Origin: Candidatus Zixiibacteriota bacterium
GTDB lineage: Bacteria; Zixibacteria; MSB-5A5; WJJR01
Direction of reading: 5' to 3'
Length of the DNA stretch: 17,420 nucleotides
Assembly (NCBI GenBank): GCA_036170655.1
Contig: JAVHPP010000039.1
Span: 1 to 17,420 of the forward strand
Positions 1 through 7,108 of the stretch are shown piece by piece. A model generated the notes under the pieces. The model saw nothing but the letters and a program-made list of their open reading frames with translations, made no database searches and was not told where the DNA came from. Every line of letters starts with the position of its first letter. Within the stretch, counting starts at the first letter, position 1. The position numbers and the translations under genes are program-made.

Positions 1-369
1 GTAGGGGTCATTCTCTGCGATCAGTCGTTGCAGCTCGTGTTTCGCGCATTGGACCACACGGCTCTCGAACCAGCCGATGATCGCCGTCGGACTGTCCGGC
101 GGAGTTGCTGAGGACCAACTCTTGGCAAGCGTGGAGTCTGGGCCAGGACCGCTGGCGAACAACCCGGTCACCGCCCAGAGAGCCAGCTGTGGATGGTCGA
201 ATTCCTGGATCCGTGAGGCGGCGGTCAAACGGCTGCGCAAGCAAGCCAGCACTATCTCGGCGGCGATACGGATCAGGCGAGTCTGTTCCGTCGGTGGCGG
301 GTGCCCTTCGATCCATCCCCGGATCAGCCGGACGATTTCATGAGAGCCATCGAAATCACGCGCGGACAT
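1..369 (-). CDS. Hypothetical protein; N-terminal 123 aa only, continues past the left edge
   Basis: Translated by hand: ATG at 369, open for 123 codons to base 1 (MSARDFDGSHEIVRLIRGWIEGHPPPTEQTRLIRIAAEIVLACLRSRL...QLALWAVTGLFASG...IIGWFESRVVQCAKHELQRLIAENDPY). Upstream in-frame TGA at 429-427. A minus-strand promoter with a perfect TATAAT lies upstream. No stop inside the window, so it is absent from the ORF track. Confidence 0.75.
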   Translation of the reverse strand, partial: MSARDFDGSHEIVRLIRGWIEGHPPPTEQTRLIRIAAEIVLACLRSRLTAASRIQEFDHPQLALWAVTGLFASGPGPDSTLAKSWSSATPPDSPTAIIGWFESRVVQCAKHELQRLIAENDPY

Positions 370-502
370 CGAGGATTGCCTGCTTCTTGGGGTCGCATGC
401 GACCGGGTGGGCAGATCTGTACGTCGTCAAACAATTCGGGCACGTCCGGACTCCAGTCTGAGACAGGGTATGACCATCGAAGCAGAGCCTGCGCCCGGTG
501 TG

Positions 503-530
503 ATTATAGGATAAGCGATTTGGTTCACAA
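503..530 (-). promoter_or_regulatory. Putative sigma-70 promoter for the minus-strand edge CDS
   Basis: Minus strand reads TTGTGA (530-525), 16 nt, TATAAT (508-503), within an AT-rich patch. Confidence 0.55.
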
Positions 531-570
531 TATCAAGAAGATCACGCATCGGTCGAGGGTACGTCTGCGC

Positions 571-599
571 TTGTTCGGATATCTTCTGTCACCTACAAT
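571..599 (+). promoter_or_regulatory. Putative sigma-70 promoter for the EamA gene
   Basis: TTGTTC (571-576), 17 nt, TACAAT (594-599). Implies a TSS near 606, which favours ATG 650 or 668 over GTG 611. Confidence 0.55.
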
Positions 600-649
600 G
601 CTCCCTGCTTGTGCCGCCACTCGCTCTCGGGTGGCGCTACCCTGGTCTC

Positions 650-1564
650 ATGACGACGAACACGTCCATGGTGCATACACGCCGCAGCACATTCTTAGCG
701 GACGCGGGTCTGTTCTACGCGGCTCTCATCTGGGGATCGACTTTCTTCATAGTCAAGCAGGCGCTTGGGGACATCGACCCGGTCATCATGGTTGCCTACC
801 GTTTTCTGCTCGCCGGGACAATTCTGCTGGGTTTTGTGCTGAGTACAAGAAGGCCGATCCTGCGAGGACTCCGGCAGGGCGTGTTTCTCTCCGTGATCCT
901 CTGGCTTCTGTATGTCCCGCAGACCATCGGACTGAAGCTGACAACTGCGTCGAATTCCGGACTAATCACCGGGTTGTTTGTCGCATTTGTACCATTGTTT
1001 CTTCGGACGATCTTTCATCGCCGCCCCACGGTGATGGAGGTCATCGCTTCCGGTGTGTCACTCGTCGGCTTGTGGATCTTGACCGGCGGGCTGTCGCATG
1101 TCAACGCAGGGGACATGCTGACACTCGTGGCGGCGATGGCCTATGCTCTGCACCTGCTCTATTCAGACAAGTACATGAAGGCCGGAATTGATCCATTCGT
1201 CATCAGTTGCCAGCAGTTTCTCTTGGTTGGACTTCTTAGCCTGATCGTCGGGCTTGTCGCGAAGCTCCCATTCCATGTGGGATCGCCGGCGGCCTTGGGG
1301 ATAGTCATCTTCCTCGCTCTGTTCCCCACGCTCTCGGCATTCGTCATTCAGATGCTGGCGCAGAAAATCGCGTCGCCACTGCGTGTCTCGCTCATCTTCG
1401 CCCTCGAGCCGGTGTTCGCGGTTGTCTTCGCCTGGACAATGGGCGGCGAATGGTTCACATGGCGTGGCGGGACAGGCGGAGCCGTGATATTCCTCGCCTT
1501 GATTCTCTCCGGAATACACGGGCAGAAGGAGCCGCTGTCAGAGCTTCAGGGGACATCAGACTGA
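650..1564 (+). CDS. EamA/DMT family drug/metabolite transporter
   Basis: About 10 hydrophobic segments in two repeats; family-typical ALIWGSTF, YRFLLAG, SGLITGLFVAFVP and SLIFALEPVFA. Start ambiguous (GTG 611, ATG 650, ATG 668). Confidence 0.92.
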   Translation: MTTNTSMVHTRRSTFLADAGLFYAALIWGSTFFIVKQALGDIDPVIMVAYRFLLAGTILLGFVLSTRRPILRGLRQGVFLSVILWLLYVPQTIGLKLTTASNSGLITGLFVAFVPLFLRTIFHRRPTVMEVIASGVSLVGLWILTGGLSHVNAGDMLTLVAAMAYALHLLYSDKYMKAGIDPFVISCQQFLLVGLLSLIVGLVAKLPFHVGSPAALGIVIFLALFPTLSAFVIQMLAQKIASPLRVSLIFALEPVFAVVFAWTMGGEWFTWRGGTGGAVIFLALILSGIHGQKEPLSELQGTSD

Positions 1565-1802
1565 GGGGATTGACACGAGCATGGCGCGTTTGGCTTCGGA
1601 CACCACGGTCACGAGCGCGCCACGAATTGTCCGATCACATCGATGCGTTGCACATTCATCCCGGCGGCGTGGTGAATTCCGGCGCGAACGTACCGATAAA
1701 GAGAGTGTGGCGGCATAACTGCCGATTGCAGAGGCGATTGCGTGGCATGTCAAATGTGGACACTCTGTCGCCAAGAAATGCCGTTTCGTTGCGTTTATGT
1801 GA

Positions 1803-1830
1803 TTGCGGGTGGTGTGCACTGGGGTATATT
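1803..1830 (+). promoter_or_regulatory. Putative sigma-70 promoter for rpoN
   Basis: TTGCGG (1803-1808), 16 nt, TATATT (1825-1830). SD GGAGG at 1937-1941 precedes ATG 1946. Confidence 0.45.
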
Positions 1831-1945
1831 GAATTGGGAAGGTAGCAGAGGCGCAATCAGCGATGTCGAGTCAATCTCCTGTGGTTCAACAGATTAAGGG
1901 CATGTCCACTCCGCATGCCGGCGGAGTTATCCCGTTGGAGGCGTC

Positions 1946-3550
1946 ATGAGACTCGAACTGGGATTGAGACTGAGACAAACTCTCGCTCCGCAGCTGATTC
2001 AGTCGCTGAAGATGCTGCAAATGCCGGTCTTGAAGCTGGAGCAAGTCCTGCGTCAGGAGCTTTCGACCAATCCCATGCTCGAGGAAGTTGAGGCCATTGA
2101 AACGGTGGATGAACCGGAGACCATGGCATCGGAGTTGTCCGAACCAGCCCCTGCGCCTTCGGGAGATGAGAAAATCGACTGGGAAAGCTACTTGGGCGAG
2201 GACAGCGAGTTTGTCCCCCACCGGTTCTCAGAGCAATCAGATGAAGCGTGGGAACACACCCCCATCATGGAGACCACGCTCTACGACCATCTGCTGGAGC
2301 AGTTGAATCTGTCCAAGCTCTCCGCCGAGGACGTTGAGATCGGCGAGTTTATCATCGGTAATCTGGATTCTTCGGGGCTGCTGGGCATGTCGACAGCGGA
2401 ACTGGCAGAGGCGTTGAAAGTATCGGTGGAGAAGGTCGAGCACGTTCTCAAGTTCGTGCAGGGTTTTGACCCGCCCGGAGTCGGGGCACGGGATCTGCGT
2501 GAGTCGCTCTTGATTCAACTCGATCAGCGTGGGCTGGCCGACGGTCTGGAGGCGAAGATTGTCCGGGAACACTGGCACGAGCTCGATCGCAAGACACACA
2601 CGCAGCTGGCCCATGCGCTGGACGTGACGGTCGAACGTGTCAAAGAAGCAATGGATGTGTTGCGCACGCTTTCCCCACGGCCCGCGCAAGGACGGTTCAC
2701 CACGCCGGCCCTGCCGGTCATTCCGGACCTTGTTGTCGAACGCATCGATGACGAATATGTCATCTATCACAATGACCGCAATCTCCCCCGTCTGCGTGTC
2801 ACGACGGCGTACCGCGATGTCTTGCGGCGCGGCAACAACTCACCCGACGAGATCAAGAAATATGTGAAAGACAAGCTCGAGCAGGCACGCTGGCTGATCA
2901 ACGCCATCAACCAGCGCCGGACAACCATGATCAAGGTCATGGAGGCCATTGTCGCGGAGCAGAAGGAGTTTTTCGAAAAGGGTCCCACCCATCTCAAACC
3001 GTTGCGGATGAGCGACGTCGCGGACCGTGTCGAGATGAACGTTGCCACCGTGTCACGTGTCTCGAAAGACAAGTATGTTCAGACACCCCAGGGCGTGTTT
3101 GAGATCAAGTCATTCTTCACGGGTGGTGTTGAACGCGAGGACGGCGATGCGATGACGAAGCGCACCGTCAAGACGCGTATCACTGAAATGATCCAGGGTG
3201 AAGATGCGGCCTGTCCACTCTCGGACCAGGAGATCTTCAAACGGCTTCAGAATGACGGAATCAAAATGGCGCGGCGAACCGTTACGAAGTACCGAGAAGA
3301 GTTGAAGATTTCCTCAGCACGATTCCGTAAACGGGCACCCCACCGACCCGAAGAAGAGCCGTCGGCCTCCCCACTGGCATCGCCGCCGGAGGCGGATCCT
3401 GAGGCGGCAGGGAGAGTGGAGATTGAGGATGGCTTCACTGTTCCCGGGGTTTCGACACAGCCACGAACGGACACGACAGGGCACGTGCTACTGGAACATC
3501 TGCCGTCCAAAGATGCGACAATCCACCCGGCGATTCCCGGGAGAATCTGA
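1946..3550 (+). CDS. rpoN: RNA polymerase sigma-54 factor
   Basis: Region I (QTLAPQLIQSLKMLQM...NPMLEE), core-binding FDPPGVGARDLRESLLIQL, HTH region LKPLRMSDVA...TVSRV, PLSDQEI, and RpoN box ARRTVTKYRE (3269-3298). SD GGAGG. Confidence 0.98.
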   Translation: MRLELGLRLRQTLAPQLIQSLKMLQMPVLKLEQVLRQELSTNPMLEEVEAIETVDEPETMASELSEPAPAPSGDEKIDWESYLGEDSEFVPHRFSEQSDEAWEHTPIMETTLYDHLLEQLNLSKLSAEDVEIGEFIIGNLDSSGLLGMSTAELAEALKVSVEKVEHVLKFVQGFDPPGVGARDLRESLLIQLDQRGLADGLEAKIVREHWHELDRKTHTQLAHALDVTVERVKEAMDVLRTLSPRPAQGRFTTPALPVIPDLVVERIDDEYVIYHNDRNLPRLRVTTAYRDVLRRGNNSPDEIKKYVKDKLEQARWLINAINQRRTTMIKVMEAIVAEQKEFFEKGPTHLKPLRMSDVADRVEMNVATVSRVSKDKYVQTPQGVFEIKSFFTGGVEREDGDAMTKRTVKTRITEMIQGEDAACPLSDQEIFKRLQNDGIKMARRTVTKYREELKISSARFRKRAPHRPEEEPSASPLASPPEADPEAAGRVEIEDGFTVPGVSTQPRTDTTGHVLLEHLPSKDATIHPAIPGRI

Positions 3551-3575
3551 TTGAGAGAATCGGTTGCGCCAATCT

Positions 3576-3610
3576 GGGGACGGGCTTATCATGAGTCTGT
3601 CCCCTTTTGT
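3576..3610 (+). terminator. Rho-independent terminator after rpoN
   Basis: GGGGACGGGCTTA / TGAGTCTGTCCCC 12-13 bp stem with 3 G-U pairs that work on the + strand, followed by TTTTGT, starting 25 nt after the stop. Confidence 0.8.
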
Positions 3611-3680
3611 GCTTGGGGGGAGTCACAGCGTGATTCAGAACTGAGCAGACTTCTACGCGAGCAACTAACAGGGGGAGTGC

Positions 3681-4646
3681 ATGGACCGCAATCTGGCCCT
3701 GGAAATGGTGAGGGTGACCGAGGCCGCCGCGCTGGCTGGCGCTCGGTGGCTTGGCAAGGGGGACCCAAATGCCGCCGACCAGGCCGCCGTCAACGCCATG
3801 CGACGGGTCTTCAACGACATTGAGTTCAACGGGACCGTCGTGATCGGCGAGGGCGAGCGGGACGAAGCGCCAATGCTATACATCGGCGAAAAAGTTGGCA
3901 CCGGCCATCCCCCACAAGTCGACATTGCCCTGGATCCGCTTGAGTGTACCAATTCGGTGGCCTACGCCCGACCAAATGCTCTGGCCGTGGTCGCGATGGC
4001 CGCGCACGGCCACTTCCTGCACGCGCCGGACACATATATGGAGAAGATTGCGACGTCTGAAAAAGCGCGCGATGCCATCGATCTTTCTCGTTCGCCATCC
4101 ACCAACTTGAAAAACATCGCCGACGCGCTCGGCCTGACACTCGAGAACATGACGGTGGTTATCCTCGATCGGGAACGTCACGAGCCTTTGATTGGCGAAG
4201 TTCGGAGTTTGGGCTGCCGGATTCAGTTGATCCCGGATGGGGACGTATCGGCCGCGATTGCCACCGCTCTTCCCGGATCGGGCGTTGATGTCCTGATGGG
4301 TACTGGCGGCGCGCCCGAAGGGGTGCTGGCGGCTGCCGCGTTACGCTGTGTCGGCGGCGCGATGCAGACACGGCTGAAGCCCCGCAACGACGATGAAGTA
4401 CGCCGCGCCAAGAAGATGGGCGTGGTTGACATGGGACACATCTACAACGAAATGGAACTGGCACAGGGCGATGACATCATGTTTGCCGCGACGGGAGTCA
4501 CCAACGGCGACCTTCTCAAGGGGGTGCAGTTCCGTCCCGGTGGCGCGACCACGCACTCGATCGTGATGCGCGCCCATACGCACACCATCCGATTCCTGGA
4601 GACCCATCATTCGTTTGTCAACAAACCGACATTCGACCAGCTCTGA
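3681..4646 (+). CDS. glpX: Class II fructose-1,6-bisphosphatase
   Basis: MDRNLALEMVRVTEAAA, VVIGEGERDEAPML, DPLE(C)T, APDTYMEK, LIPDGDV, GTGGAPEGVLAAAAL, FAATGVTNGDLLKGV. SD GGGGGAG. Confidence 0.98.
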   Translation: MDRNLALEMVRVTEAAALAGARWLGKGDPNAADQAAVNAMRRVFNDIEFNGTVVIGEGERDEAPMLYIGEKVGTGHPPQVDIALDPLECTNSVAYARPNALAVVAMAAHGHFLHAPDTYMEKIATSEKARDAIDLSRSPSTNLKNIADALGLTLENMTVVILDRERHEPLIGEVRSLGCRIQLIPDGDVSAAIATALPGSGVDVLMGTGGAPEGVLAAAALRCVGGAMQTRLKPRNDDEVRRAKKMGVVDMGHIYNEMELAQGDDIMFAATGVTNGDLLKGVQFRPGGATTHSIVMRAHTHTIRFLETHHSFVNKPTFDQL

Positions 4647-4693
4647 GCCGTAACACCCCATGACCCGGGAACTTTCAGAAAGGAGCCGAGAGC

Positions 4694-5053
4694 ATGAAAG
4701 TCCGCATGACCGCTCGCCACTTTGAACTGAAGGACGGACTCAAGTCCCACATCGAAAGCCGTTCCAGCCAGTTGGAACGGTTCTCTGCCAACATCATCGA
4801 CTTGCACTGGGTGATGGAGTTGGACAAACACCGTCACGTGGCCGAATTGAGCGCCCAAGTGCATGGCACGGTTTTGACCAGCCGTGCCGAGACCAACGAC
4901 ATGCGCGCCTCGGTGGACGAGGTCACAACAAAAATGGAAGGACAATTGAAGAAGTACAAGTCGCGTCTGAAAGACCGGGATCAAAAAACAGTCGCTGACG
5001 ACAAGACGACGATCTCATTCGGCTCCGAAATGTCGGAGGAGGACGAGAGCTGA
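4694..5053 (+). CDS. hpf: Ribosome hibernation factor HPF/RaiA, short form with acidic tail
   Basis: MKVRMTARHFEL...AEL...HG...L.SRAETNDMRASVDEVTTKMEGQLKKYKSRLK matches the S30AE/sigma-54 modulation domain. SD AAGGAG. Usual position between rpoN and hprK. Confidence 0.93.
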   Translation: MKVRMTARHFELKDGLKSHIESRSSQLERFSANIIDLHWVMELDKHRHVAELSAQVHGTVLTSRAETNDMRASVDEVTTKMEGQLKKYKSRLKDRDQKTVADDKTTISFGSEMSEEDES

Positions 5054-5093
5054 AACACGCGGATTAGCGCGGGTCACAAAGAATCTGGCATTT

Positions 5094-6062
5094 ATGGAAA
5101 CGGTCACTGTTGAACGACTGTTGGAGGACCGGCGCAACCCATTCGAGCTAACGGTGCTGGCCGGGCGAACGGGGCTCAAGAAACGCATCCTCAACGCCGA
5201 GATCCACAGGCCGGGGCTGGCGCTCTCCGGGTTCGTTGATCGCTATCCCAATAAGCGCACACAGGTCCTCGGTGAGACGGAACTCGCCTACTTGGATTCG
5301 CTGGATGCTTCGGCGCGCCACGCTGTCCTGGAGCGACTTTATCGTCTGGATCTGCCGCTGGTCGTGCTGTCGAAAAACCTGGCACCGCCGGAAGAGATGG
5401 TGTCACTGGCTGATCAGTACCACACGGTCCTTCTAAATACGCGACTATCCACGACAGAACTCATTTCGCGCCTGTCCAACTATCTTGACGCGCGTTTTGC
5501 TCCATCGACGCAACTCCATGGAACGCTGGTGGATGTCTATGGTGTTGGTCTCCTGTACACAGGCAAGTCCGGCATCGGCAAGTCCGAGGTGGCCCTCGAC
5601 CTCCTCGAACGCGGTCACCGACTGGTGGCCGACGATGTGGTGCGGATCACGCGCCGGTCGGCCGATGTGATCATCGGCACGGGGGGAGAACGGCTGGGAC
5701 ACCACATGGAGATTCGCGGCGTCGGCATCATCAACGTCGAGAAATTGTTCGGGATCCGCGCCGTACGGCAGCAGAAACGCATCGAAGTGGAGGTCCGGCT
5801 CGAGCTGTGGCGTGATGACGTCGAATACGAACGGCTCGGTCTCGAAGACAAGTTCACGACCATTCTGGGAACAGAAATCCCGCTGGTCACGATCCCACTC
5901 TCTCCGGGCAAAAACATCACTGTCATCTCCGAAGTCATTGCCATGAATCACATGCTCAAGATCTACGGAGTTCACACACCTCGCGAGTTCTCGCGCGCCC
6001 TGGCCGAGGAGATGATTCGCCGTCACGCCACAGCCCAATATCTGGAGTCAGACACCGAATGA
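5094..6062 (+). CDS. hprK: HPr(Ser) kinase/phosphorylase
   Basis: IHRPGLALSGF and QVLGETE in the N-domain; LHGTLVDVYGVG, Walker A GKSGIGKSE, GHRLVADD, signature HHMEIRGVGII, and PGKNI. Confidence 0.98.
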   Translation: METVTVERLLEDRRNPFELTVLAGRTGLKKRILNAEIHRPGLALSGFVDRYPNKRTQVLGETELAYLDSLDASARHAVLERLYRLDLPLVVLSKNLAPPEEMVSLADQYHTVLLNTRLSTTELISRLSNYLDARFAPSTQLHGTLVDVYGVGLLYTGKSGIGKSEVALDLLERGHRLVADDVVRITRRSADVIIGTGGERLGHHMEIRGVGIINVEKLFGIRAVRQQKRIEVEVRLELWRDDVEYERLGLEDKFTTILGTEIPLVTIPLSPGKNITVISEVIAMNHMLKIYGVHTPREFSRALAEEMIRRHATAQYLESDTE

Positions 6063-6205
6063 CCGCCACGGGCGGACGCCGGGGGCACTGATGATCGGCA
6101 TCATCAGATTTGGCCGATAACGTTAACCGGACGCGGGGTATCCGAGTGACTGACGAGATTGCGCCTCAGTGACGTCTGCCCCACTCTCCCACGGGAAGAA
6201 CTGCA

Positions 6206-7108
6206 ATGGATAGATCCCGAGCGGAACTCAAAGTCGGCCTGACGGTCATGGCGGCCATCGTGATATTCGCGGTCGCGCTCCTTTGGATCAAGGGAGTAAA
6301 CCTGGAACGGGATTATTATCACATGAACGCTTGGTTTCCCAATGTTGGCTCACTTGAGGTCGGCGATCCGGTGTCCGTATCCGGTGTGCGGCGTGGGAAA
6401 GTCCGGACAATTGCTCTCAGCCGGGGCGGCGTCGAGGTCGGCATCCTGCTGGCCAGCGACGTCCATCTGCGGGCCGATGCCATCTTGACAGTCAAGAACG
6501 TGGGATTGATGGGAGAACGCTTTATCGACGTCTCAACGGGAACAGCACCTGAACCACTGCCGCCAGACTCCATCCCACGGGGGTTCTATGACACGGGCAT
6601 TCCCGAAGTCATGGGACTCATGGGTCGTGTGACTGAAGAAATCCGCGAACTGGTCATCGCCATCCGATCGAGTATCGGCTCCGACGAAACGCTCTCGCGC
6701 CTGGTGCGCGTTTCGGAAAACATGGAACAGATCTCGCGTCAGATGACGGGCATGGTTGAGGAGCACCGTGCGGGAATCACACGCACGCTGGATAACCTGG
6801 AAACCGTTTCCCGCGACCTGCGCCAGACCGTCAAAGAGAACCGCGAGACCGCCACTCGCACCGTGAACCGGTTCGATTCCGCTTCGGTAAAACTGAATCG
6901 CTTTGCCGACCAACTGGATACGCTCGCGCGGGATGTTCATGCCGTCGTCAGCGACATCCATTCGGGCGACGGCAGTCTCGCCCGGCTGATCAAGGACGAT
7001 CAACTCGTCCACCGCTGGGAGTCCGCGGCCACGGAGGTCGAGGCGCTGGTCGCAGACATCCGAAAGAACCCCCGCAAGTATCTCAGCGTCCAGTTGAAGC
7101 TGTTCTGA
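6206..7108 (+). CDS. MlaD/MCE family protein
   Basis: N-terminal TM (ELKVGLTVMAAIVIFAVALLWI), MCE domain (FPNVGSLEVGDPVSVSGVRRGKV, GLMGERFIDV), long helical region, GDGSLARLIKD and DIRKNPRKYL C-terminus. Confidence 0.93.
   Translation: MDRSRAELKVGLTVMAAIVIFAVALLWIKGVNLERDYYHMNAWFPNVGSLEVGDPVSVSGVRRGKVRTIALSRGGVEVGILLASDVHLRADAILTVKNVGLMGERFIDVSTGTAPEPLPPDSIPRGFYDTGIPEVMGLMGRVTEEIRELVIAIRSSIGSDETLSRLVRVSENMEQISRQMTGMVEEHRAGITRTLDNLETVSRDLRQTVKENRETATRTVNRFDSASVKLNRFADQLDTLARDVHAVVSDIHSGDGSLARLIKDDQLVHRWESAATEVEALVADIRKNPRKYLSVQLKLF

Noticed and set aside
8..461. Track ORFs 8..316(-), 77..343(+), 105..461(+)
   Set aside because: Shadow frames of the more protein-like minus-strand frame 369-1.
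301..1191. 296-aa + strand ORF in the track
   Set aside because: Overlaps the EamA gene out of frame and both promoters; no recognisable motifs.
1708..1722. TGGCGGCATAACTGC as a sigma-54 autoregulatory site
   Set aside because: Has GG-N10-GC spacing but 4 mismatches to TGGCACG-N4-TTGC; expected by chance at this GC content.
1841..1925. Lysine riboswitch-like words (AGAGGCGC...GAGT...AAGGG...GCCG)
   Set aside because: Only about 100 nt before the ATG, too short for the aptamer; later helices are missing and the gene context is wrong.
6113..6120. Perfect GCCGATAA sigma-28 -10 element
   Set aside because: No TAAA/TCAA-like -35 at 15-16 nt spacing.
6088..6156. CTGATGA and CTGACGA as hammerhead ribozyme cores or C/D boxes
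   Set aside because: No GAAA follows the candidate stem II (TAAC or AGTG instead), and C/D guide RNAs are not a bacterial feature.
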